A stretch of DNA of 58,942 nucleotides from IMG/VR virus record IMGVR_UViG_3300032284_001272, positions 1 to 58,942 of that record. One strand, given 5' to 3'. Source of the DNA: a virus. Taxonomy: Duplodnaviria > Caudoviricetes. The notes under the pieces were generated by a model. It did no database searches. It was not told where the DNA came from and saw only the letters and a list, made by a program, of their open reading frames with translations. Below, piece after piece: positions 1 through 8,402 of this stretch (position 1 is its first letter; every line of letters begins with the position of its first letter). Position numbers and translations under genes: made by a program.

Positions 1-120
1 TATTGTTGAACGGTTGGAAGAACTACGAGATTTAATGAAGCAAGATATAGACCGTGCAGTTTTGCAAGATGCAATGGACGAGATTGAGAAACTGCGTGAA
101 GAACGCAGTCGGTTGCGGGA
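1..120. repeat. Terminal direct repeat, identical to 58823-58942 (circular assembly overlap)
   Basis: Exact 120-bp identity of both ends; an ORF reads through the junction. Confidence 0.95.
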
Positions 121-241
121 AGCGTTGAACCTTATCCGAGTTGCAATTGAGAATTATGGCAACGGCGGCAAAAGTGAGGGATTTGCTCTTGGTTATGTAG
201 ATGAAGTTGCCCGTGCCGCACTAAAGGGAGATGAGAAATGA
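14..241 (+). CDS. 3' part of the 'ALKGDE' family protein (true start 58797)
   Basis: DEIEKLRE...RLREAL...ARAALKGDEK, paralogous to 4325-4627, 58286-58558 and 58555-58797. Confidence 0.75.
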   Translation: MEELRDLMKQDIDRAVLQDAMDEIEKLREERSRLREALNLIRVAIENYGNGGKSEGFALGYVDEVARAALKGDEK

Positions 242-444
242 TGATGTGCGAAGCTTGCGGGTGCGAGAGTGCCGTAACTGATACCCGGAAAAGTAAAACA
301 ATACCGAATTCCGTCAGGAGAAGACGGAAATGCCTATCATGCGGGTTCCGCTGGGCCACTAACGAGATCGCGGGGGATTTCGCCGGGTATATGTATCAAC
401 GTTTCAAGGCAGACACAAAGGAAGCCAAGGAGGGCAAGGTATGA
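238..444 (+). CDS. NrdR N-terminal-like zinc ribbon protein
   Basis: CEAC...VTDTR...VRRRRKCLSCGFRWATNE matches the NrdR zinc-ribbon pattern; no ATP-cone. Confidence 0.7.
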   Translation: MMMCEACGCESAVTDTRKSKTIPNSVRRRRKCLSCGFRWATNEIAGDFAGYMYQRFKADTKEAKEGKV

Positions 445-481
445 TATTGTAAACGTCCCGAAATGTACTTGGAGAAAGTAA

Positions 482-895
482 ATGAAGGTATGGATACTAT
501 ATGCAGTTTTAACATTTTCAGCCCTATGTGTCAGTGACGTATACGCCAGTGACGTAGAGGGGATGTTAACTCAGGCGGCTCACAAACATAATATCTCACC
601 GGAAATTGTGAAAGCGGTGGCGAAGGTTGAAAGTAACAAGACATGCGGCCTGAAAGATGGACCCCATAGGGGCATCATGCAGGTTAGCCGAAGTACCGCA
701 AAAGAGGTCGGGATGCCTTGGCCCTTCCTCTCCTGCGAAGACGAGATAGAGGCTGGTGTGAGATATTTAGAAAAAGCGATAGCCATTGGAGGCGAAAATT
801 GTGTCGGTATAACGCTTTATAACTCAGGAATAAACGCTGGGTTGCATTGTTCCCAATATGGGAAAAAAGTGATGCGGGAAGCAAGGAGTCAATGA
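482..895 (+). CDS. Secreted lytic transglycosylase (SLT domain)
   Basis: Hydrophobic N-terminus; VES, GIMQV and YNSG motifs. Confidence 0.8.
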   Translation: MKVWILYAVLTFSALCVSDVYASDVEGMLTQAAHKHNISPEIVKAVAKVESNKTCGLKDGPHRGIMQVSRSTAKEVGMPWPFLSCEDEIEAGVRYLEKAIAIGGENCVGITLYNSGINAGLHCSQYGKKVMREARSQ

Positions 896-954
896 TGTGT
901 AACAGAGTTTCTGCTATAGTCCGTCCTGATCAACCTAAGGTTCAGGAGCGCAAG

Positions 955-1215
955 ATGGCTGAGTTAATCGCATTTGAGACCCGTAAAAAGCAGAAGGTTG
1001 AAGAGGAGGCGGCGGAGAACCCGCCCGTCCCGGAATTCCTTACCAAGTCTTTGGATAATGACGCGGTGAAAGCGGCGAAGTGTGCTTTACTCCTGCTTGA
1101 GGACGAGGATGGGAATATCACGATGCTCGCGACGAACACGACGGATGCGGATTGGATCTGGTTCGCGAAGCATATTGAGTATGAAGTTATGTCTGGGCTT
1201 TATGGGGATGATTAA
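955..1215 (+). CDS. Hypothetical acidic protein
   Basis: AGGAG upstream of ATG 955. Confidence 0.6.
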   Translation: MAELIAFETRKKQKVEEEAAENPPVPEFLTKSLDNDAVKAAKCALLLLEDEDGNITMLATNTTDADWIWFAKHIEYEVMSGLYGDD

Positions 1216-1294
1216 GGTGATTGGTCAATTTGTGGAGTGGATGATTATAGCGGCGATACTACTTTTGTTCGTTTCTTCATTCCTAGACATATAG
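1208..1294 (+). CDS. Small membrane peptide (28 aa)
   Basis: MIKVIGQFVEWMIIAAILLLFVSSFLDI; overlaps the end of the upstream gene. Confidence 0.35.
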   Translation: MIKVIGQFVEWMIIAAILLLFVSSFLDI

Positions 1295-1390
1295 CAAGGT
1301 AAAAATTGTGGTGAACTATGAGGAAGTTTCCTTGAGGGGGAACTGACAGGAGAAGTATTGTGTCTGGATGCCAGATGAGGAGGTTTATTT

Positions 1391-1705
1391 ATGAATGTGC
1401 TAGATGTCGCCGCCAAGCATGGTTTTACCATCCGCTCATTGAGTCTTGGTACGCAGAAGATGAAATGCCCTCGCTGTAGCACGACGAGGAAGAATAAGGA
1501 CGATAGGAGCTTATCGGTGAGGATTGATAAGACTGGTATCGGGTGGCGTTGCCACCACTGCAATTGGACGGGAGGAGAGTTAAATGCTGGGTTTGAAACA
1601 CGCGGAGTGGCTGGAAAAAAGGGGAATATCCCCGGCGGTGGCGGAGCGTATGGGTCTCTACACCGTGAGGCAAGACGACAATGGGCAGTACACTCCAGAC
1701 CCTGA
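1391..1705 (+). CDS. Stand-alone primase zinc-binding domain
   Basis: CPRC...LSV...WRCHHCNWTG (T7 gp4/Twinkle-type ZBD); GAGGAGG SD. Confidence 0.7.
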   Translation: MNVLDVAAKHGFTIRSLSLGTQKMKCPRCSTTRKNKDDRSLSVRIDKTGIGWRCHHCNWTGGELNAGFETRGVAGKKGNIPGGGGAYGSLHREARRQWAVHSRP

Positions 1706-3074
1706 TGGCAAAGTCCTCGCTATGCCCTTTATCCGGGGTGGTGGAGAGGTGGGGTGCAAGTACAGGGGACCGCAGAAGAAGTTTTGGCAGAGGTCGGGTG
1801 GTCGAAAGCAATTTTGGAACGCGGATGTATTAGATGACCCGGCGTTGCATGATGGGTCGCAATCCTTGGTCATTGTTGAGGGGGAGATGGATGCTCTCGC
1901 TGTAGCCACAGCGGGGCACCCGTGGGTCGTTTCTGTGCCTGATGGGGCACCCCCTGCCAGAGATGGGGATGGGCGGCTCATAGACGTTCCTAAGGGCACT
2001 GAGGACATAGATATAGAGAGTGATACGAAATTCTCGTTCCTCCTCTCTGATTGGGATAGCCTGTCTTTGGTCAGGAAGATCATTATCGCGACGGATGCGG
2101 ATGAGCCGGGGCGTCGGTTAGCGAATGAATTGGTTCGCCGCCTTGATAGGGTTAGATGCTTTTTCGTGACCTTCCCGGAAGGGGCGAAGGATATGAACGA
2201 GGTTCTTGAGAACCTTGGGATAGATGGGGTTAAGGAATTAATTGATGGTGCAAAACCGTACCCGGTTGATGGTTTATACAAGATGGCGGATTTCCCGCCA
2301 GAGACTACGCTACAGACGTACTCAACGGGATGGGGCAGTTTGGATGGTCTGGTTAACCCATACCTGTCTGCATTTATGGTGGTGGGTGGTTTTCCGGGCC
2401 ATGGTAAATCAACTTGGTGTCTTCAATTAGCCGCCAACATGGCGATGCAGCATGGGTGGAATATCGCGGTCGCGTCATTCGAGATGCAGATTGTCCCATA
2501 TGTCACGAATACCCTCATGTCCTCCTACATCAGGGGGAACATCAAATTCACGAACCCTCAGACGAGGGTGAAGGCGGAGGGATGGGTAAACCATCGTTTT
2601 ACGTTCATAGCCCCTCAGTCGGCGGATACGGATACGGAACACGACATTGACTGGCTGATTGATAAGATGGCTGTGGCGGTGATCCGTGAGGGCGTCAGGA
2701 TGGTCCTGATTGATCCCTTCAACGAGATAGAACACAGGAAGAGGAACGATGAGACACAAACAGAGTATATTGGGAGGGCTATCCGTAAGCTTAAGGCTTT
2801 TGCCCATCAATATGATGTTTTGGTATGCGTTGTGGTCCATCCGACTAAGGCGGCTTCTCAGGTCGATAGTGCGGATTTGAGCCTGTACAACTTAGCGGAC
2901 AGCTCTCATTGGGCGAACAAGGCTGACATAGGTGTGATCGTGGGAAGGGTGGGTGATCCAAGGGTGGATCTCATCACGGGTATTTACGTAAAGAAGATCA
3001 GGTATCAGCCTGATGCGGGGAAGCTTGGTGAAGCCTTTTTAACGTTTGACCCGGCTACAAGGTTGTTTGTATAA
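1584..3074 (+). CDS. Toprim primase / SF4 (DnaB-like, Twinkle-like) helicase
   Basis: VEGEMDALA, SVPDGA, DADEPG and KDMNE Toprim motifs; GFPGHGKS Walker A; LIDP and VVHP helicase motifs; GGAGGAG SD. Confidence 0.9.
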   Translation: MLGLKHAEWLEKRGISPAVAERMGLYTVRQDDNGQYTPDPDGKVLAMPFIRGGGEVGCKYRGPQKKFWQRSGGRKQFWNADVLDDPALHDGSQSLVIVEGEMDALAVATAGHPWVVSVPDGAPPARDGDGRLIDVPKGTEDIDIESDTKFSFLLSDWDSLSLVRKIIIATDADEPGRRLANELVRRLDRVRCFFVTFPEGAKDMNEVLENLGIDGVKELIDGAKPYPVDGLYKMADFPPETTLQTYSTGWGSLDGLVNPYLSAFMVVGGFPGHGKSTWCLQLAANMAMQHGWNIAVASFEMQIVPYVTNTLMSSYIRGNIKFTNPQTRVKAEGWVNHRFTFIAPQSADTDTEHDIDWLIDKMAVAVIREGVRMVLIDPFNEIEHRKRNDETQTEYIGRAIRKLKAFAHQYDVLVCVVVHPTKAASQVDSADLSLYNLADSSHWANKADIGVIVGRVGDPRVDLITGIYVKKIRYQPDAGKLGEAFLTFDPATRLFV

Positions 3075-3114
3075 TATGGGGAGCGTCCCGATACCCTCCC
3101 TATCGGTTGATGCG

Positions 3115-3152
3115 GGGGGGCGGGTATCTTGAAAATACCGCCCCCTTTCTTT
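3115..3152. terminator. Intrinsic terminator between convergent genes
   Basis: GGGGGCGGGTAT...ATACCGCCCCC hairpin followed by TTTCTTTT. Confidence 0.65.
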
Positions 3153-3388
3153 TAGTGCCTCTTCATATCGGTGTATGAAACTGTAGGAACTTCTTCATCA
3201 TCTCCTACATCTTCGTCATCTGGGAGTAAATTAACCGCTATATCCAGAGACCTCGTAAACGCCTGAGGTTCTTTCTCCGGGTCATTATTCTGGTTTACCC
3301 CCATGATTTCCGCCTCTTTAGAATTAGCTGCCTCCACGATGTAGACGTTCTCCACCGTATTGGAGAGGATAACTGCGTACTTCTTCAT
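3152..3388 (-). CDS. Hypothetical protein
   Basis: ORF with GGAG SD. Confidence 0.6.
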   Translation of the reverse strand: MKKYAVILSNTVENVYIVEAANSKEAEIMGVNQNNDPEKEPQAFTRSLDIAVNLLPDDEDVGDDEEVPTVSYTDMKRH

Positions 3389-3399
3389 GGCTCGTACTC

Positions 3400-3430
3400 C
3401 AAAGAAAAACCCGGCCTGTCACGCCGGGTT
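3400..3430 (-). terminator. Intrinsic terminator
   Basis: AACCCGGC/GCCGGGTT hairpin followed by a T tract on the minus strand. Confidence 0.6.
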
Positions 3431-3456
3431 GATCCTATCACACATTGATGGGGAGA

Positions 3457-4023
3457 TTATAGCCCATCACCCTCCATGAAATTCAGCGTAACCTTGACGC
3501 AAGCGATGCGGTCTGTGAAACGTGCGGCGGCGTCAGCGGCTTCCCTGCTCAAGTTGCCAAGACCATAATGAATGCCGCCATCATCGGTTTTATAGACGTT
3601 AATCCACATATCCTTCACATGGACCTGACGAACCTCAACAAGGTCATACTCACCCGTTGGGAAGTCCGTCTTACCACTTTTGTTCCATACGCAAGGCACC
3701 GCCCCTTTTGGGGCCATGATAGCGCCATGGATTTCATATGGCGCAGCACCTGTGTCGCTATAGATCGTGACATCCAAACCGCTCTTGGTTACGTACTGCT
3801 TTGATTTCGTCACAAATTCATTACCGTTTGTCATTGGCTTGCCCATGTTAATTGTTTGATTTCTCTTGCGCGAATAACCATTCAGCGTGATTTGCTGATT
3901 GACAGCACCGACACTGCAACCGTATTTTGTGGCGATGTCCTTTACCTCCACACCTGAAAGGTATTCCTTCTTCAGGTTCTCAAGCTTCGCATCTGTCCAC
4001 TTAACGTATTTGCCTTTAATCAT
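3457..4023 (-). CDS. HTH-like N-terminus fused to an 'RIACVKV' family domain
   Basis: KWTDAKLENLK...DIATKYGCSVGAV; C-terminal half paralogous to 4627-4983. Confidence 0.65.
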   Translation of the reverse strand: MIKGKYVKWTDAKLENLKKEYLSGVEVKDIATKYGCSVGAVNQQITLNGYSRKRNQTINMGKPMTNGNEFVTKSKQYVTKSGLDVTIYSDTGAAPYEIHGAIMAPKGAVPCVWNKSGKTDFPTGEYDLVEVRQVHVKDMWINVYKTDDGGIHYGLGNLSREAADAAARFTDRIACVKVTLNFMEGDGL

Positions 4024-4034
4024 CTTACCTCTCC

Positions 4035-4328
4035 TCAGATTGATTGACCGGATTTCATCGGATCATATGCCTTATGTTGAACGTGTATCGTACCCTCGCC
4101 TAAGGCGTCGCGAGCGATAGATTTGAATAATTCTAACTCTGCCAATAGCTCATGCAAGGTGAAGTCATTCTCATGCTCCCCACAGGGTGAAAAATACCGG
4201 GCTATCTTTTCCAGCCCAGCCCTCCACCGATTAGCGACTTCCGCACCTTCCCGGAAAGCCTGGTCGTATCCAATCAAAATGCGCCGAGCAGTTTCCAAAT
4301 CTGTAACTTCTGAAAAGTCTTCCATCAC
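4035..4328 (-). CDS. Hypothetical protein (ARxAL family)
   Basis: Coupled to the upstream gene; LEKIA...IARDALG. Confidence 0.6.
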   Translation of the reverse strand: MMEDFSEVTDLETARRILIGYDQAFREGAEVANRWRAGLEKIARYFSPCGEHENDFTLHELLAELELFKSIARDALGEGTIHVQHKAYDPMKSGQSI

Positions 4329-4627
4329 TCATCTCCCTTTAGTGCGGCACGGGCAACCTCACCGCATTGGCAAGAAAATCCGCAGTCTAAATTTTCAATA
4401 TTCTTCAACGCTTCCCGCAGTCGCTCAATTTCTTTTCCTCGTTCAACAAATTGCAACGTCATGCCGTCAACAATTTTTGAAACGGTTTCATGCGCGTCCC
4501 GCAACTCGTTACGCTGCTTGCGTAACTCCTCAATCTCGTTTGCAGCCCTATCAAGTAAAGCGCCGTTATCCGCCTCATACTCGTAGAATACTTTGTCCAA
4601 GTCTCTTAACTCTTCAAGGATATCCAT
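4325..4627 (-). CDS. 'EIERLR...ALKGDE' family protein
   Basis: MDILEELRD...AANEIEELR...EIERLREAL...ARAALKGDE. Confidence 0.7.
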   Translation of the reverse strand: MDILEELRDLDKVFYEYEADNGALLDRAANEIEELRKQRNELRDAHETVSKIVDGMTLQFVERGKEIERLREALKNIENLDCGFSCQCGEVARAALKGDE

Positions 4628-4983
4628 CACAATCCCTCCCCTTCTGCACAATCAATCTCGACCTTCACGCAAGCGATGCGGTTATTATCAGCCATTTTGT
4701 TTGCTAGATTTTTAGTTTCCCAAATAGCTGTTTGTAAATTTGTTGAATACAAATTCAGCCAATACGTCCGCTTGATGCGTGGTTTTGCTTCAATGAGGTC
4801 AAATGGACTATCTTCATCATCAAATTGAGAACGCCATCGTCCGTCGTTTCCCCATGTTTCAACTTCCCATCCATCACCAACCTTTATTGCTCCGTGAATA
4901 GGACCACTGGAAGCGCCATCCGTCGCATAAATACGAACTTCACGTTTGTCGCGGGTGCGATATTGTTTGTCTTTGCTGATCAT
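4627..4983 (-). CDS. Hypothetical 'RIACVKV' family protein
   Basis: KQYRTRD..VRIY...PIHGAI...DLIE...RIACVKV...EGEGL; paralog of the 3457-4023 C-terminal half. Confidence 0.7.
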   Translation of the reverse strand: MISKDKQYRTRDKREVRIYATDGASSGPIHGAIKVGDGWEVETWGNDGRWRSQFDDEDSPFDLIEAKPRIKRTYWLNLYSTNLQTAIWETKNLANKMADNNRIACVKVEIDCAEGEGL

Positions 4984-5004
4984 CACTCATCTCCCAAATC
5001 ATGT

Positions 5005-5100
5005 GACAACATACTCTCAACATTTTTAAATTTTCCTGTCAACATTTTTTCAACTTTTTTAAACTTTTTTTCGCGCGTGAACATTTTCAAGTTTTTTAAA
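5005..5100 (-). promoter_or_regulatory. Leftward promoter region with A-tracts and GTTG-N7-GTTG direct repeats
   Basis: TTGACA on the minus strand, upstream A-tracts, two GTTG-N7-GTTG pairs. Confidence 0.45.
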
Positions 5101-5101
5101 A

Positions 5102-5129
5102 GGTTATGGTTACGGTTATGGTTATGGTT
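5102..5129. repeat. Hexamer tandem repeat (GGTTAY)n
   Basis: ggttat ggttac ggttat ggttat ggtt. Confidence 0.8.
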
Positions 5130-5250
5130 GCGCTTTCATATTTTAAATCATGAAGCGTCATGGTGACGTTTTGGCCCTTTGGCCTTTTTGAGATTTTCGG
5201 GTTTTCGGTTTTCCTACGGTGACCTGATCTCCCGGGCGACGGTGAAAAAA

Positions 5251-5345
5251 GAACAAAACAAGAACATCGCGTTTTTGAGAACAAAAAAAGAACAAAAGGT
5301 GAACAAACCCCGTTTTGGAGAACAAAACGTGAACAAAAACAGAAC
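5251..5345 (-). promoter_or_regulatory. Array of alphaproteobacterial LexA (SOS) boxes, GAAC-N7-GAAC on the plus strand
   Basis: GAAC at 5251/5262, 5279/5290/5301 and 5320/5331/5342, spaced 11 bp within each group. Confidence 0.75.
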
Positions 5346-5412
5346 ACCACAATTTAAAACGTGAATTATCTTAATTAACAGAAAAGGGCGGGGATTAACC
5401 AGCCCGATCCGA

Positions 5413-6090
5413 TTAGGCCGCGATTTGACTAGCGGCCCTCGCCTTAATCCCATGAGCAGGAAAGCCTACGATCACCGACCGATCACGCACCGCGCACAAG
5501 CCGCATGACTTGCATGTTACGTCGTCCCGATACGTCGCTGGGCATACGACAATCTTGCGCCCTTTTGGCGTTTTCAGTTTCACGTTTCCGGAAACGTCGG
5601 AAGGTAGGATGACGACGACGGGGCCGCAATTTGTTTCCGCTAACCGATCCGCATGTTCCCGATTATTGGCGGACAGGTTAATTGTAAACCCGTCGGAATT
5701 CGCCTTGGCAATCGCTTTCCGGTTAACCTTGTTTTTGATCGGATCGTAATGCGTGTAAGTGAAGCCCCGCTTTCCCGAATTCGCCTTTATCAGGGCTTTA
5801 AGGTGCGGGAAAGATATTGTTTCCCGATCACCTATCAGATCGCCGCTCTGGTTGTGCCGCCATAACGTCCCTTTTTTAAGGGCGGACACTTGCGCGATAA
5901 AATCCTCATATGACGCGCCAGCCCGCCCTTCCGTGACTTTTTGCCAAAACATGCCAAGCGGGCCTATTTCAGCATAGCATCCGGAATTCCGTAAAGGGCA
6001 AGCGTCCGGACATGACGCCTCGCTGGTAGTCGAAACGGGAATCGGTCCCGTTTTGGCGTTCCGGCTTTTCAAGGTTAGTGCCGTTTGCAT
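5413..6090 (-). CDS. Cys-rich phage protein (GP88/DUF7227-like, possibly Fe-S binding)
   Basis: NAKTG, SCPDACP...GCYA, RHNQSGD, FTYTH, INLSA, VCPA...CKSCGLC, FPAHG. Confidence 0.6.
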   Translation of the reverse strand: MQTALTLKSRNAKTGPIPVSTTSEASCPDACPLRNSGCYAEIGPLGMFWQKVTEGRAGASYEDFIAQVSALKKGTLWRHNQSGDLIGDRETISFPHLKALIKANSGKRGFTYTHYDPIKNKVNRKAIAKANSDGFTINLSANNREHADRLAETNCGPVVVILPSDVSGNVKLKTPKGRKIVVCPATYRDDVTCKSCGLCAVRDRSVIVGFPAHGIKARAASQIAA

Positions 6091-6153
6091 TGAATATCCT
6101 TTCCCTATGGTAAGGCGCGAATTGCGCCGCTCTCATGAGGTGCACGAAAGCGA

Positions 6154-6179
6154 ATTAAGGTCAAGCTAACGTATGGTAA
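6154..6179 (-). promoter_or_regulatory. Tandem CtrA-like half-sites over a TTGACC -35 element
   Basis: Minus strand TTTA-N7-TTAG-N7-TTAA (CtrA consensus TTAA-N7-TTAA). Confidence 0.4.
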
Positions 6180-6499
6180 AGCAATCGGGGCCGAGATTTG
6201 CTCGTTTTGAGTATTAGCCTTCGGCGTAAAGCAAGAGCCGTGCCAAGTGACCTATCGTCAATGAGAACAAAACGGGAAATCGGGCAAGAATATTTTTTTG
6301 AACCCTACATAGCCAAAACATGAAAAACCCGCCTACGGGCTTTAAAACGCGATTTTGAGGCATGTCAGAATTTGACGCCCTCGACACGAAACAAAATCGC
6401 CATAACCCGAATTTTGTAATTGACATAGTTCCCGAATAAGCTTTCTATGATGAAACGAGACGCAATTCCGCCTCTCGCATATATAAAGGGATTAAAATT

Positions 6500-7291
6500 A
6501 TGTTGAACGAAATTCACGCTCTCGAAACTCTTCCATCATCCGCCCTTGCTAGCGAGCCGCATTTCAGCCGCGCCCCCGCATATGCTCACATTAAGACAAG
6601 TGATATTGCACAATTATTGCGCGATGAATTCGATATGTTGCCCGTCTCATCATCCGAACGTCGGGTGCGTCGTTCTGATAAGCAAGGGTATCAGCGGCAC
6701 CTTGTGAAATTCCGTCGGTCCGATTTGATGCATACGGATAAGCCGCAGGTGCCGGAATTGCTGGTGCTTAACGCCCATGATGGCAGTTTTGCCGCGCACC
6801 TATGGACAGGCTATCACCGCTTCGCATGTGCGAATGGATTAGTTGTCTGCACTAGCAGTTTCGGGAAAGTGTCAGTGCCGCATCGCGGCGATGCATGGGG
6901 TAAAATCATAGACGGGGTTTATCGCGTGATTGATAATGCTAACGAGGCGGAAAGGGCCATAGAAAATTGGAGCGGCTTGGATATGCCTTGGGTTGATCAA
7001 TTATCCTTTGCTAATGAGGCGGTCAAAATCCGATATGACGATCCAAATGATTGCCCTGTTAATCTCGGGGATTTGCTTTTAATGCGACGTTCGGAAGATC
7101 AAGGTTCGGACCTTTGGCGTGTGTTCAATCGGGTGCAGGAGCATTTGATTAGGGGCGGGCTTGTCGGTCGCAATAGTGAAGGCGAGCGCCGGACCATGCG
7201 ACGGATTAAGTCACCAGAGCGCGACGTCGGGATTAATTCCGCCTTATGGCAATTGGCGGATCAATACGCCCAAACCCGCGCAATCGCGTAG
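6500..7291 (+). CDS. DUF932/DUF945 family protein
   Basis: PELLVLNAHDGS, RFACANGLV, RRSEDQGSDLWRVFNRVQE, INSALW. Confidence 0.85.
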   Translation: MLNEIHALETLPSSALASEPHFSRAPAYAHIKTSDIAQLLRDEFDMLPVSSSERRVRRSDKQGYQRHLVKFRRSDLMHTDKPQVPELLVLNAHDGSFAAHLWTGYHRFACANGLVVCTSSFGKVSVPHRGDAWGKIIDGVYRVIDNANEAERAIENWSGLDMPWVDQLSFANEAVKIRYDDPNDCPVNLGDLLLMRRSEDQGSDLWRVFNRVQEHLIRGGLVGRNSEGERRTMRRIKSPERDVGINSALWQLADQYAQTRAIA

Positions 7292-7351
7292 CCATTGGCA
7301 AGGGCGCAATCTCCACGGGTTGCGCCTCTCCAATTGCTATCAAGGCAATTG
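7289..7351 (+). other. Intergenic structured element 1 (long hairpin plus alternative hairpin)
   Basis: TAGCCATTGG/CCAATTGCTA outer stem; GGCGCAATCT/GGGTTGCGCC inner stem; alternative CAATTGC/GCAATTG. Confidence 0.6.
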
Positions 7352-7377
7352 ACTTAACCTAAAGGAAAGGGAAAAAA

Positions 7378-7647
7378 ATGATTTATATAGCAACTGACAT
7401 TCATGGCCGTGGCCTTCGTCATGTGACCGCTTATGATTCGCGCAAAGACTTTTTAAGCACAGCACTGCAATGGCTTGACCGATCCGACAAATATTTTTCG
7501 ATTAAAGCGCGGTCATCAATCAATGACATTTGTGATGCACTTCGCGACAGTGGGGCAGGCTTTGGTGCGCGATCACATCATCGCGTCACGCGACGCGAAG
7601 CCTTTAAACTCGCGCGCGATGGAATTAAAACATCCGGTTTTGCGTGA
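7378..7647 (+). CDS. Hypothetical protein
   Basis: AAGGAAAGGG SD; ORF lies between the two structured elements. Confidence 0.65.
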   Translation: MIYIATDIHGRGLRHVTAYDSRKDFLSTALQWLDRSDKYFSIKARSSINDICDALRDSGAGFGARSHHRVTRREAFKLARDGIKTSGFA

Positions 7648-7705
7648 CAATCAGTTAGGGCGCATCTTTCGGGGTGCGTCTCACTGATTGCCATGGTGGC
7701 AATCA
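7645..7705 (+). other. Intergenic structured element 2 (same architecture as element 1)
   Basis: TGACAATCAGT/ACTGATTGCCA outer stem; GGGCGCATCT-TTCG-GGGTGCGTCT inner stem; alternative TGATTGCCA/TGGCAATCA. Confidence 0.6.
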
Positions 7706-7738
7706 ACTTGACGTAACGTTATGAAAGGGTTATATAAA

Positions 7739-8068
7739 ATGGATATCGGGATTGAATTAAATCGCGAATTGGACCGGATGCATAGTCGAATTCGAACGCT
7801 AGAAGAAACGAAACAAGATGAAACAGGCGGGAAAGAGACAGCCGCCTTATGGCAAAGGATTTTTGCGCTTGAAGCTGATTTAAGGGATATGGCTAAGGAT
7901 TTAAGCGCGGCGGAAGGCAAGCTTGCTATCCTGCAGGATAGTTTAGAGGATAAAATCAGCGAGGCGATCAAAGCCGCAATGGTTGAGATGGCGGAAGATA
8001 AAATCGAGGAAGCAATCCAAGACGCCATTGAGAAGCTTCCTTATCGTCTTTCAATCACATTGGATTAA
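7739..8068 (+). CDS. Acidic coiled-coil protein
   Basis: GAAAGGG SD; EDKISEAI/EDKIEEAI internal repeat. Confidence 0.65.
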   Translation: MDIGIELNRELDRMHSRIRTLEETKQDETGGKETAALWQRIFALEADLRDMAKDLSAAEGKLAILQDSLEDKISEAIKAAMVEMAEDKIEEAIQDAIEKLPYRLSITLD

Positions 8069-8078
8069 GGGGCGGATC

Positions 8079-8318
8079 ATGGGGCAAGGTGCTACTCTTG
8101 AATTCTATGATGCGGACGAATTTTCGTCATATGTTGAGGCGAAAAAGAAAAACGCCGTCAAAGGCGTACACCTAGATTACGCCGATAAAGACACGCTCGC
8201 GCAATCGGCGGTATGGGATGCATTGGAGATAATTCACGCCGCTTTATCAGTCGCGGATAAAAGAGACATGAAGCTTCGTTATGTCTTAACACGCGATAGC
8301 GTGATTTTAGACTGCTAG
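8079..8318 (+). CDS. Hypothetical protein
   Basis: AAGGGG SD, ATG at 8079. Confidence 0.6.
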   Translation: MGQGATLEFYDADEFSSYVEAKKKNAVKGVHLDYADKDTLAQSAVWDALEIIHAALSVADKRDMKLRYVLTRDSVILDC

Positions 8319-8369
8319 CGTATCAGGTAAAAGCCCAGGCGATTGAGCCAATAGGCTAAGGCAAAACAT

Positions 8370-8402
8370 AAGGGGTCGGTCCATTGGATCGGCCCCTTTT
8401 TC
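8370..8402 (+). terminator. Intrinsic terminator
   Basis: AAGGGGTCGGTCC/GGATCGGCCCCTT hairpin followed by T tract. Confidence 0.75.

Noticed and set aside
1-120. 120-bp end repeat as a biological terminal repeat
   Set aside because: It falls in the middle of a gene and is exact, as expected for an assembler circular overlap
1614-1624. A-AAA-AAG slippery heptamer fusing the ZBD to the primase
   Set aside because: A -1 shift from the ZBD frame leads to the third frame; the primase is in the +1 frame
5096-5453. ORFs over the GAAC array (5096-5350, 5158-5352, 5179-5364, 5214-5453)
   Set aside because: The F/C/V/S- or E/Q/N/K-biased translations are by-products of the repeat, and there is no convincing SD
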